A stretch of 64,000 bases of DNA from Eledone cirrhosa (lineage: Eukaryota): assembly GCA_964016885.1 (NCBI GenBank), contig OZ024746.1, forward strand, positions 58,032,001 through 58,096,000. Direction: 5' to 3'. A program made the position numbers and the translations under genes. Shown piece by piece: positions 43,881 to 58,475 of this stretch (position 1 is the stretch's first letter; every line of letters begins with the position of its first letter). Under the pieces are notes generated by a model, which did not search any database, was not told the origin of the DNA, and worked only from the letters and a program-made list of their open reading frames with translations.

Positions 43881-44777
43881 ATCACTTTCCCGTTATCTAT
43901 TCGCTTTGTCAGTCAGCAATCATCACTGATCTCTTCCCTCCGTTAAATGTAGAAGGATCGCAGAGTTGAGACTTTTCCAATCCTTGATGTTGAATAAATA
44001 TGTTCTTTATCTCTTCATTTCCTTCATTCAATTATTCCTTGTATATTGGATTTGGAATCATGACTAGTCATGAGGTTACCTCTTTTCATAGTTGCAAGGA
44101 TTGTATCTTTCATGCCAGCATATTTGTTTATTTAAGGACTGATGAAATAGAGTCTAATTCGAGGTAAGTTCTTAGTTACATCATAAAACTACCGCATTCA
44201 ATTAGGTTAACTCTGTTCCGCTTGAGGTTACGCCGAGAAGAATCAAGCCATGACATTATATGATGTCTTTAATGCTCAGTATATCCTTCGCAACATCATG
44301 CAAAGGCAGGTTTCTTATTTCTGTTTTCATTGATGCGTTTATATGATTCACAGAGCCTTTAAAATGTCAGTATTTCTTACGGGGCTCTCCGTTCCGAGTA
44401 AAAATCCCGCCGGGTCCATCTTTCGAGGTTGATAAATAAACTACAAGTCAGGAACGAAAGATTTACGAAATTATTAAGAATGTTGCACAATATGCTTCAC
44501 AGTAATTTGTTTTCCTCTATACATTCTGAGTTTAAATTCTATCTCTTTGGGAGTGAATTTCCAAATAGAAGATAGTGTCATCAATAGAGAGACCAACAGA
44601 AATATTATCATAAACACGAATCAACGATGAGAAATGTTCTTATATATGTTACACATAACGGAGCGGATTTATATATATCTGCACGTGCACTGCGTCACTG
44701 ATGGTTATACATGAACAGAGAAAGACTGAGGAGGAGAGGTGGGGGGGGGGAGAGACGGTAGATATATATACGGATAG

Positions 44778-44835
<58 letters not shown>

Positions 44836-44900
44836 TAAATGTTACTCCAGTTTCAACGAGGTCATCGACTAATTCACATTGGCAGTACATATATATGTAC

Positions 44901-44933
<33 letters not shown>

Positions 44934-45180
44934 CGTGTGAGTGTGCGCGTGTGCGTGTGTATGCGTGTATGTGTATGTATGTATATATACGAGAAGATTC
45001 ACGACGTAAGTAAATTACAAACGTCAAGCTCTCATCCTTAATATAAACACACTCGATATGATGCCAATAAAGGACAGATGTCGTTGTTAATATTTTACCT
45101 TCAGCACACCAACAGTAATTTGCTTAAAACCATAGAGAGCTCAAAGAGGAGCCACCGTCCATAGTATTTTGGTTTACCAA

Positions 45181-46330
<1,150 letters not shown>

Positions 46331-46401
46331 TATATATATATATGTGTGTATGTATATATATATATATGTATATATGTATATATATATAAATATATATATA
46401 T

Positions 46402-48825
46402 ATAAATTGAAACAAAATGAAAACGAAATTTCATTTCTCACTCTTAGTATGGCACTTACTTAAATGTAAGTATGCATGTATACGTACATACATATATGTA
46501 TACAGACGTACAGTAGCATGCACATATATATATATATACACATATATACATACATATGCATACAGGTACACATACATATATGCACGTATCAGTTTAGCGG
46601 CGCTTATTATAACGTCGCTTTGTTCGTCTGTAAACAAACTGAACAGCCTGAATTTATGCCATACGGTGTTAAGGCAACCACGTCACCTTTTTGTTCAACA
46701 CTGACACAGGAACGATGTACTAGTTTCAAGCTTGTTAGCTATCATCAGCACCGTTTACCCATCTGCCAGATAGTTGAACGTTCGAAAGTATATACTTTCC
46801 TTATGAAAATTAACGGCTGAGCAGCCTAATTTGCATATTGAGTGAGTTAAATCGGTCAGGCATACCGAAAACGATAAATTGAAACAAAATGAAAACGAAA
46901 TTTCATTTCTCACTCTTAGTATGGCACTTACTTAAATGTAAGTATGCATGTATACGTACATACATATATGTATACAGACGTACAGTAGCATGCACATATA
47001 TATATATATACACATATATACATACATATGCATACAGGTACACATACATATATGCACGTATCAGTTTAGCGGCGCTTATTATAACGTCGCTTTGTTCGTC
47101 TGTAAACAAACTGAACAGCCTGAATTTATGCCATACGGTGTTAAGGCAACCACGTCACCTTTTTGTTCAACACTGACACAGGAACGATGTACTAGTTTCA
47201 AGCTTGTTAGCTATCATCAGCACCGTTTACCCATCTGCCAGATAGTTGAACGTTCGAAAGTATATACTTTCCTTATGAAAATTAACGGCTGAGCAGCCTA
47301 ATTTGCATATTGAGTGAGTTAAATCGGTCAGGCATACCGAAAACGATAAATTGAAACAAAATGAAAACGAAATTTCATTTCTCACTCTTAGTATGGCACT
47401 TACTTAAATGTAAGTATGCATGTATACGTACATACATATATGTATACAGACGTACAGTAGCATGCACATATATATATATATACACATATATACATACATA
47501 TGCATACAGGTACACATACATATATGCACGTATCAGTTTAGCGGCGCTTATTATAACGTCGCTTTGTTCGTCTGTAAACAAACTGAACAGCCTGAATTTA
47601 TGCCATACGGTGTTAAGGCAACCACGTCACCTTTTTGTTCAACACTGACACAGGAACGATGTACTAGTTTCAAGCTTGTTAGCTATCATCAGCACCGTTT
47701 ACCCATCTGCCAGATAGTTGAACGTTCGAAAGTATATACTTTCCTTATGAAAATTAACGGCTGAGCAGCCTAATTTGCATATTGAGTGAGTTAAATCGGT
47801 CAGGCATACCGAAAACGATAAATTGAAACAAAATGAAAACGAAATTTCATTTCTCACTCTTAGTATGGCACTTACTTAAATGTAAGTATGCATGTATACG
47901 TACATACATATATGTATACAGACGTACAGTAGCATGCACATATATATATATATACACATATATACATACATATGCATACAGGTACACATACATATATGCA
48001 CGTATCAGTTTAGCGGCGCTTATTATAACGTCGCTTTGTTCGTCTGTAAACAAACTGAACAGCCTGAATTTATGCCATACGGTGTTAAGGCAACCACGTC
48101 ACCTTTTTGTTCAACACTGACACAGGAACGATGTACTAGTTTCAAGCTTGTTAGCTATCATCAGCACCGTTTACCCATCTGCCAGATAGTTGAACGTTCG
48201 AAAGTATATACTTTCCTTATGAAAATTAACGGCTGAGCAGCCTAATTTGCATATTGAGTGAGTTAAATCGGTCAGGCATACCGAAAACGATAAATTGAAA
48301 CAAAATGAAAACGAAATTTCATTTCTCACTCTTAGTATGGCACTTACTTAAATGTAAGTATGCATGTATACGTACATACATATATGTATACAGACGTACA
48401 GTAGCATGCACATATATATATATATACACATATATACATACATATGCATACAGGTACACATACATATATGCACGTATCAGTTTAGCGGCGCTTATTATAA
48501 CGTCGCTTTGTTCGTCTGTAAACAAACTGAACAGCCTGAATTTATGCCATACGGTGTTAAGGCAACCACGTCACCTTTTTGTTCAACACTGACACAGGAA
48601 CGATGTACTAGTTTCAAGCTTGTTAGCTATCATCAGCACCGTTTACCCATCTGCCAGATAGTTGAACGTTCGAAAGTATATACTTTCCTTATGAAAATTA
48701 ACGGCTGAGCAGCCTAATTTGCATATTGAGTGAGTTAAATCGGTCAGGCATACCGAAAACGATAAATTGAAACAAAATGAAAACGAAATTTCATTTCTCA
48801 CTCTTAGTATGGCACTTACTTAAAT
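46402..48825 (-). repeat. Tandem array of 5.1 x 472-bp non-coding units, each with a hammerhead (retrozyme-like)
   Basis: Unit starts at 46402, 46874, 47346, 47818, 48290 and 48762; identical ORF translations recur at a 472-bp period; (TA)n flanks. Confidence 0.95.
46711..46755 (-). ncRNA. Minimal type I hammerhead (repeated at 47183-47227, 47655-47699, 48127-48171, 48599-48643)
   Basis: aacggtg-CTGATGA-tagct[aaca]agctt-GAAA-ctag-TA^catcgtt; 7-bp stem I; palindromic stem III ACTAGT. Confidence 0.88.
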
Positions 48826-48832
48826 ATGGCAC

Positions 48833-48887
<55 letters not shown>

Positions 48888-48957
48888 GTGTATATATATG
48901 CATATGTATATGATGTATATATGTATATATATGCATATGTACATGATGTATATATAT

Positions 48958-49100
48958 GAAGGCGTGTGGCTGAGTAGTGAAGGCGTGTGGATGAGTGGTT
49001 AGAGAATTGGATTCGCAATCGTAAGGTTGTGAGTTCGATTCCTGGACCAGGCGATGCGTTATGTCCTTGAGCAAGACACTTTATTTCACGTTGCTCCTTC
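48958..49100 (+). mobile_element. Second tRNA-derived SINE type with duplicated head
   Basis: ggcgtgtggatgagtggttagag..gagttcgattcc followed by tgtccttgagcaagacactt (CORE/V-like domain). Confidence 0.75.
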
Positions 49101-49206
49101 TACCTGGAGTTGCGACCGATAGATAGTTTTAGCAATTGGAAAGACCAACGGAAACATTGTTCCCTCGGTCCGATTTGACGAAAGTCGATCGTTCCTTTTA
49201 TATATA

Positions 49207-49273
<67 letters not shown>

Positions 49274-49306
49274 CTATCTATCTATATATATATACATATA
49301 TATATG

Positions 49307-49345
<39 letters not shown>

Positions 49346-50618
49346 TCATGAAATATGTGTATATGTCTATTATGCAAGTATGTCGGAGTGTGTCCGTATG
49401 AGGTATGTGTCTGTTATGTGAGTGTGTAGAATTTTCACACAAGAAAGAATTGTATAGAAGTTTGCCAAGAAAAACAACAACTTTAACTGGTCATTCAGTT
49501 AAGACATTTCGTGAACATTATGTTCATAAAATATTTCTCTGTTTTGAAATGAAACTTGGCGACTGGCCATTTCCGTATGGAAAGAAATAAGTGCGTCTCA
49601 CACTTACACGCACACCCAGTCATACAGACACACACACAGTCTAACAACATACCTTCACATACGCACACATACGCACGCACACGCCAATTATATATATATA
49701 TAAGAACACTCTATATACATCGTATCGTTACACACACACACATAATCTTAGGCACATAGACACATACATACAAAGGTAAGTCATTTTCACACACATCGTG
49801 ACACCGCGTATACATGTATTTATATTTCTGCGTTTACACAAACATGTACACACGGCCATACGCATGCATACCATATATACATACTTACACATACACACAA
49901 ATATTCCGTATACATACACGGACACGCTCTACAATATATTGTTATGTGTGTATGAATGCATCGAATTACAACCATACACTCACACAGCTAGCACAGCTTA
50001 TGCATGCAGGGACATGTATTTATTATGTTAATTTGTGTGTGTTGCGTGTATACGTCTATGTTCTCACGTACACATTTAAACATTACACCAATAGAGATAG
50101 AAGTGTATGTATGTATCTATGTATGTATGTATATATATGCATATATTTCTCTCTCTCTCTCTTTCCCTCAGTCTCTCTTCCTCTCTCTCTCCCTCTCTCT
50201 CTAATATATTTGTATATATATATATATATGTTATTAATACAGACTACATTTTAAGGAAAGAGTTTCTTCTTTCACCATAACAGTATCTTCTGAGAAGAGT
50301 CAGTCAGTAAAGGCAGAAGTACGTGTTTATTTGTATTTATTATTCATATATTCATACATATATATTTAGGGCTGATAGTATACAGTTATATAACTGGTAT
50401 TGATCAGATGATATGGCAATAGGATCGACCCTCCGAAACGATCGTAAAACAATGATATGAATAGTTAAAGTAACTGACTTTGTTGTCTTTATGTTTATTG
50501 TTAATTTAATATCTATTATATATATATATGTGTGCGTGTGTGTACGTGTGCATATTACTTTAATATACAAGCTGTGGTAAGGTGAGAAATAAAATTCTAA
50601 TTTTATTTTTATATATAA

Positions 50619-50657
<39 letters not shown>

Positions 50658-50863
50658 ATATATATATATATGTTGTGACAGCGAGCGAATTTGAAATTAG
50701 AATTATACACCTTCGCCGTATTCTTGGAATAAAGATATTTTTTTAACCCTGATGTCGGGGTTTAGAACCTTCTAAGAAATGCAAAAAGATGAGTAGTGAC
50801 GTCAATACTGATCTCTTTCCATTTCTTCGAGATTTCTAAACCCCACTATCAGGCTATACATAT

Positions 50864-51910
50864 ATAGAAGTGGTTACACAACTGTTAGTTCACCATACCG
50901 AGAACAATTGTTTCACCTTAGCGGATATTCAGCTCGTAATGGACATGGTTATACGGAACAGGAAGGACAACCGTACGAATGTGCATGCGCAGAAACGATC
51001 ACTTCACACAGGCTATACTAAATTGCGTGCGAGAGGTCTAAGGGAGATAAATGCGAAAGTCCTAAGTTTCTGGTTGATAAGAAAATTAGGATGTTGTTGC
51101 AATTCTATCCGGAGGTTTGTAGTTATGTAAGAGGTGTTTCCAGACGTGTAGACAACGTGTGAAGAATTCATTTTCTCGTGTTTAGGCAATCACTATTGCG
51201 TAATCTCTTTAGAATATTTATTCATTCATCAATACATAGTCCACACGACGGATTGCCCCTTGCGTATGGCTTGGACTTAGTGATGGCTTTCCAGTGAATG
51301 GACTGGTCTATTCTTGAGTCCTTGTGGGACCATACGTGGCTGGCAAGTTTCGTGGATGAACGTCTGTCCGGGAACCTAAAGACTACTCTATAGACCTACA
51401 GACTACCACATTCAATGGAAAGCCATTGCTAAGTCCAAGCCATACGCAAGGGGCAATCCGCCGTGTGAATTATGTATTGATGAACGAATAAATATTGTAA
51501 AGAGATTACGCAATAGTGATTGCCTAAACACGAGAAATTAATTCTTCACACGTTGTCCACACGTCTGGAAACACCTCCTACATAACTACAAAGCTCCAGA
51601 TTGAATTACAATAACATCCTAATTTTCTTATCAACCAGAAACTTTAGGACTATCGCAGTTATCTCCCTTACACCTCTCGCACGCAATTAAGTATTGCCTG
51701 TGTGAAGTGATGGTTTCTGCGCATTGGCACTGGTACGGTTGTCCTTTCTGTTCCTGTTGGTATAACCATTTCCATCACGAGCTGAGGATCCGCTAAGGTG
51801 GAACAATTGTTCTCCGTATGCTGAACTAGCTATTGTATAACCACTTCTACCTAACTCTTCCCATGGACTGAATGCTCTACCACTACGGTTATTACCTTCC
51901 AGTGTTATAC

Positions 51911-51912
<2 letters not shown>
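50864..51912. mobile_element. PLE 3' fragment as a diverged 1-kb fold-back (arms about 50864-51300 / 51408-51849)
   Basis: Both arms encode HIQWKAIAKSKPYARGNPPCELCIDE..CLNTRN.FFTRCPH-like peptides; degenerate HHR at 51779-51814(+) and 50900-50935(-). Confidence 0.85.
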
Positions 51913-52000
<88 letters not shown>

Positions 52001-52010
52001 ATATGTATAT

Positions 52011-52234
52011 GCAGAGGTTATATTTAATTTGTTGGGATACAACAAGCTTAAAAATATTTTTATAACTGATATAAAGCAATCAACAGTTTATTGTTTATTG
52101 GAGTAAATATACAATATATTAACAGATGGAAACTATATTTATAAAATCATATTTATTTTATTATACATATTTCAAGGGCCACCAAGCCAAATATGTATAA
52201 TAAAATAAATATGGTTTTATAAATATAGTTTCCA

Positions 52235-52240
<6 letters not shown>
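52011..52240. mobile_element. Short fold-back copy of the 3421-3885 family
   Basis: Shared tgttgggatacaacaag tail and atggaaactatatttataaaa arms. Confidence 0.8.
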
Positions 52241-52284
<44 letters not shown>

Positions 52285-52745
52285 TTATTAAAATTTATTA
52301 TTATTATTTCTATATATATACATATATATATATATCCATGCAAGAGTTATTTGTCTCTAATACCTAGACATCTTAATGAAAGGATAAAATATACTAAATA
52401 ATTATCTACTCAGGGACGTAACTAATATTAAACTTAACCGAGAAACTTGAATGAGGGCAACAGAATACGTCCGTTTTACCCATATAGATCCCCAACCCTG
52501 GTTTCTAGAATTCAAGAAACAATATTAATTAGTTCAAAACATTTAATGCAGCTCCTCTTCTTCCAAACAATTCTCACCTAGAAAATTGAATATAAAATTC
52601 TTCCAATATATTGAAAGAATTCTCATTGTTTCTTCTATTCCAGAAAACATGGTTGCTGATATAAATGTGTAAAACTGAGTTATTTTTCTTGGACGCTTAT
52701 ATCCGCCCCAGATCGAGATTTGTACTTACGTTTAATGAATATGTA

Positions 52746-52778
<33 letters not shown>

Positions 52779-52781
<3 letters not shown>

Positions 52782-52871
52782 GGAAAATGTTTCAACCCCC
52801 ACGGCAGAGCTCAAGCCGTTTCGACGATTCCAGGCTTGAGCTCTGCCGTCGGGTTTAAAACATTTTCCTAT
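52779..52871. repeat. Mini palindrome in (TA)n; relatives at 26261-26372 and 22399-22450
   Basis: taggaaaa..acggcagagctcaagcc / ggcttgagctctgccgt..ttttccta. Confidence 0.75.
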
Positions 52872-52945
52872 CACCCATTCTACTACCCTAAGTATTGAGT
52901 ATTCTTGTGTGAAGGCCCATCTGGTTCCTTATCACACCTCCTTCG

Positions 52946-53028
<83 letters not shown>

Positions 53029-53964
53029 CATACATATGTATGTATATATATATAAGCATATTTCGATAAATATACAGTTACATATATCAAGAATAAGACG
53101 AATATACTTATATATAAATTTATATAAATATATATATATATATGTGTGTGTGTATTTGTGTGTGTCTATGTGCGTGGGTATGCGTGTGTATGTGTGCACG
53201 TGTGTGTGTGCGCGTGTGCGTGTGTCAGAGTGTGTATGTGTGTGTGTGTATTTGTATACCACAAAGAGAGTGATAATATCTCCAATATACATAAATAACA
53301 GTGGTAATGTTGGCAGTAAACGCGTGGAACTCGCTTGTATGTTTGTGTGCAAAGCAAAAGATTACGTGTACTCTCGCATTCATATATATGTATATGTATA
53401 TGTATATATATATATCCAGATATGTGTGTGTGTTTACTACATCATAGCACCCCCATACTTATATATACATACACACACACATGCATAATACCTAGCACTC
53501 TTTGTTTGAATGTATGTGCGTGTGTGTTAGAGAAAGATATATCCATATATCTTTATGGTAGAATAATTTTCTTAAGTGAATTAAAGCACTAAGTTATATA
53601 CATTCGAAAGGAATGTTCCAGGTGTTTATCTTGCGTTTGCAATATTAGAAGCAAATCCTTGAAACTTTCAGACCTGTTTGACATTCTCTATCATAAATCA
53701 ATGCCTGTAGCTTTCCTTTCATGGAAACATTCTTGGATTTTTAATGTATACACTTAATGCTACACAACAAAATCATGCGACCTTAGTTCCAAAAATACAC
53801 ATTTCAATTCCAAATTCCAATTTCCTTTCTATTTTTATTTGTTTTCAACTATTCAACTAAATATCACATTTAAACAACTTAGAACATCTTCAAATAGAAA
53901 AATGTGGATGGCCACGTTTTCCATACATATCTATATATGTTGATAATAATAATAATGATATCTG

Positions 53965-54298
53965 ATGGAGGCACAAGGCCAACAAGGGAAAGTCGATTTA
54001 ATCGCCCCCAATGTGTTGCTGGTGCTTTATTTTATAAAAGGATAAAAGGCAAAGCTAACCTAGGTTGGATTTGAACTTAGAACCTAAAGGGACGTAACGC
54101 TATGTCACAAATAATAACAATAATGATTTCTACTATAGGCAGAAGGGCATTAATTTGGGGTAGGAGTTAGTCGATTGAATCGACTCCAGTGCGTGAATCA
54201 TGCATTATTTTATCGACCTCGTAAGGATGAAAGGCAAAGTTAACCTCGACGGGATTTGAACTGAAAACCTAAAGGGCCATAATTTATTGTCACAAAGG

Positions 54299-54349
<51 letters not shown>

Positions 54350-54735
54350 TTTCTACTTTTGGCACAAGGCTAGCAATTATCCCAGTGCATTATTGGTGCT
54401 TCATTTAATCGACATCGTATAGATGAAAGGCAAAAAGTTAACCTCGGCGGGATATGAACTCAGAACGTAAATGAGCATAACTCTATGCTGCAAAGCATGG
54501 TGTCTAACGCTCTACCAATTCTGCGAATCCACTACACTTAATAATGATGGTTTTATATATACGCAGAAGGCCAGTAATTTGGGGGAGGGGAAAGTTGATT
54601 AAATCGACCTAGTACATTACTGGTGCTTTATTTTATCGACCCCATAAGGATGAAAGGCAAAGTTAACCTCGCAGGGTATTTGAACTCAGACCGTAAAGGG
54701 CCATACCTCTATACTACATAGCATGGTGTCTAATG
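53965..54735 (-). mobile_element. Stack of about four tRNA-SINE copies separated by (AAT)n
   Basis: Repeated aaggatgaaaggcaaagttaacctcg..gatttgaact, the reverse complement of the 4308 SINE. Confidence 0.85.
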
Positions 54736-57008
54736 GGACGAGGTGTCACATTTCCATTAAGTTTTTCAGGTGTGACGCGCATATATATGCAGGATATCTG
54801 TAGATAAAATGCCATGGAAATCAATGCTCAATGTATTGCCCGAAAACTTGTTTAGTAGAATTAAATATTCATACACTTATCATCTATGCACGCGATTTTA
54901 GGTTTCAGAGTCCAGTAATGGCCACCACTGTATTGTGAAGGAACTGTCTCAATATTGGCCTCTCATCAGACACCATGGCAGAATTACAAAAAATATCCTT
55001 GGTCCAACCACTCTGCTGAACGTAATCCGTTGTTAAAAATAATATTTTTCATCGCATAATACATAGCGATCATGAAATTAGTCGCTTTTCCTGCCCCAAA
55101 CTGGTGAGGAGCATATAAAGGTGATCTTTTTCGTTTTTGTTCAGTTTATTTAGTCTGCAAATGTTCAAGCTTTTACGATCTTCCAATTCGGATTAAATGT
55201 TCAAAAATTATTCAAATCCTTAGATTTAGCTATTCTACAAGCACTTGGAGTGCAGTCTGGATTTCGACCAAAACCCTCAATTTATCCTCGTTAATGGAAG
55301 AAGAAGGTTCAGGTCCTTTCATTATTTTCAAGAATTAATGCAATACAATGGAAATTGTGAATGCAATTTTGCATTGTGCCTTCATTAACTCTACATTGCC
55401 ACGAAACGTTTAATTTACCTTTCAACAGCAATGTAGCCGAGTTAAATATTATATAAATCGAATGAACATAATTGCAGCGTATGTAATTCTACCTAAATTT
55501 ATTGTTCCCCAAAAATGTTGAAACAAAAAAAAACAAAAAAAAACATGAAACCTGCATTAATTGCTGAACACCTGTATATATACTTCGCACTAATCGCGTA
55601 ACAGAGTACTGAAAACCGATGTAGAATTAATATTCAATGCATTAAGGCTAAATAGGGAGTTTTTATTTTCACTTATTTATCACAGTGTCATCAGAAAAAA
55701 AAAACATTTCAATATCAGAGACACTATAAATAAGAAAACTCGATGTGAGGGAATGGAATTAATTGAGGAGAGGTATTTAAGATAGGGTGTACATGCTGGT
55801 GGTGGCATTTGGGGAATAGGTCTGTATGAAATAGAAGACGATCATATGTAATACTGGACTTTAGCCAGTGAAGGTGAATAAATGTATATGAGCTTAGTGA
55901 AAAGGTTCGTGGTATTGGAAGGATGAAGCGGTAGAAACTTATATACACACACATACAGGCTAAATACATATAAGAAGGTGCTTACCAATTTGTAAATAAA
56001 TATATATTTTACTCACACAAACCCACTCTAGCATACCTAGAAGGAATTGAAAGAGCTCTTGCAGCGCATCTCCCTTACCATCTTCCAGGGAAACGCATTC
56101 TCCATTCTACCCGCTGGGGACCTCATTTACTCAATTGGGACCTCATTTACTCACTATACAGAGGGATGGGGAGGGCGAGAGAGAAGGGGGCAATGAAGAT
56201 GAGAGTCGGTTCTTCCGTTTTAGGTCACATTGTACCTGTAATGAGCACATTGTGACACCTTATTGTTGTGGTTGTTGTTATTGACAGAACTATACTTAAT
56301 CCCGACTTGTTACCTCGGTAATAAAAAGAGTTGTACATTCATATTATGAATGAATTGAATATATAAAATATTTAAAATTTATAAAAAGATTATATATAAA
56401 TCGTTATATCAAATTTGTTGATGGTTAAAATTGAACTGAGGTCGCTAGTGCTGACAAGAAGGTAATAAAAAGACCACAGAGCATTCTATGCCAAGAACGG
56501 TTAAGGCTGGTGCAATAAATATTCGGTCACCGAGAAATATTGGATGGGATCTAATGAATGCGTGCGTATCCCGGGATAATGAACTGACCGTGATTTTATG
56601 ACCATGAAATCAACAGAACTGATGAAGCTTACATTGAAATACACTACATACTTCAATTGTAAACACTTAAACAATCATAAAAAATCCAATAATAAAGATA
56701 TGATTCTTATGATCTACGGACTTTTCAACCATTGTAGCATTTGCCAACAATATATGACCCCTTTCATATAATTCTATTAACATCAGAAGACTTCAAACCG
56801 GTGCTGGTTGCTGATGTACCGATTGCAAAATAATCCCATTCTGTAACAGAAATGCGTATATTAAATATGATTATTTACATTATGTCATAACGTGCATTTT
56901 ATTTACATACACACATATATATATATGTATATATAGTAATAATAATAAATTTGAAGACTAAAATCCAAAGAGGGCTCGATAAGGATAAATATATATCAAA
57001 TATATAAG

Positions 57009-57722
57009 AACCGTAGAGGACGGGAGGGCGATGATTTGGTTCGTGGAGGCGTTCCCTGGCAAAGAACGGAAAAGAGAGAATGTAGTGCGTCATTGTTTGG
57101 AGCGGTGAAGGGCAATTGCACGCAAGGACGGGGCCGCGTTTGTGGTATAAACGAGGTCGTGGACTGGTGTTCTATTGGGTTGTTCATGGAGGCCTTCTCT
57201 GGCAATGAACGGAGGAAGCGGGGATGGTGCGTCATATGTGGAGCGGGGAGGGCAGTTGCACACAAGGGCAGGGCCACGTAAATGGTATAGCTAAAGTCGA
57301 GTGTTTTCGCGTATGCTTCTGTATGTACGTATATGGATGCGTGTATGTATTTATTTAATTTCATTTACCTCTGTATTTTATTTACTTTATTCTTAACTCT
57401 GAAGACGAGAATCTTTCGGTTTCCTAGTTAGAATTTTAGTCTACGACCATTTACGTGGTTTTGTCTTTGCGTGCAATTGTTCTCCCCGATCCACATATGA
57501 CGTATTATCTTCGTTTTTCCGTTCATTGCCGGAGAACTTCTCTATGAACCACCTAATAGAATATTAGTCTACGACTTCTTTTATACCATAAACGTGGTTT
57601 TGTCTTTGCGAGTAATTGTTGTTCACCGCTCCAAATAGTGACGTATTATATTCGTTTTTCCCGTTCTTTGCCAGGGAACGTTTCCACGAACCAAAGTATC
57701 GTCTTCCTGTCTTCCTCCGGTT
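57009..57722. repeat. Inverted repeat (57009-57298 / 57431-57722), each arm with two subunits of about 143 bp; arms differ mainly by A>G
   Basis: Anchors tttggttcgtgga, cgttccctggcaaagaacgg, tttggagcggtgaa, ggcaatgaacgga and cgtcatatgtgga occur in both arms. Confidence 0.88.
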
Positions 57723-57829
57723 GCAACGTTTTTTAAATATTCACTTCTGCGTTCACAGATTCACTTTGTTACATTCAGTAGATCCCGTTAAGCAGCGATT
57801 ATTTGCTTAAACTTTAATCTGTTATTTTA

Positions 57830-57902
<73 letters not shown>

Positions 57903-57940
57903 AACAATATATATATATATATATATATATAAGTTGTAAT

Positions 57941-58049
57941 AAAATGAAAACGAAATTTCATTTCTCACTCTTAGTACGGCACTTACTTAAATGTAAGTAT
58001 GTATGTATACGTACATACATATATGTATACAGACGTACAGTAGCATGCA

Positions 58050-58080
<31 letters not shown>

Positions 58081-58099
58081 GCATATATATGCATATATA

Positions 58100-58145
<46 letters not shown>

Positions 58146-58155
58146 CATATATATA

Positions 58156-58242
<87 letters not shown>

Positions 58243-58329
58243 GCATATATATATATATATATACATATATAATAAGCGTCCGCTAAACTGATACGTACAT
58301 ATATGTATGTGTACCTGTATGTATATGTG

Positions 58330-58371
<42 letters not shown>

Positions 58372-58424
58372 TGCTACTGTACGTCTGTATACATATATGT
58401 ATGTACGTATACATACATACTTAC

Positions 58425-58427
<3 letters not shown>
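57941..58427. mobile_element. Inverted fragments of the 472-bp repeat family
   Basis: aaaatgaaaacgaaatttcatttctcactc.. forward and aataagcgtccgctaaactgatacgt.. in reverse. Confidence 0.85.

Positions 58428-58475
<48 letters not shown>

Noticed and set aside
46417-48708. Repeated 95-, 68- and 114-aa ORFs as a tandem gene cluster or CRISPR array
   Set aside because: They are low-complexity frames of a non-coding 472-bp unit, not conserved in the 27.5-kb relative, and there is no repeat-spacer structure
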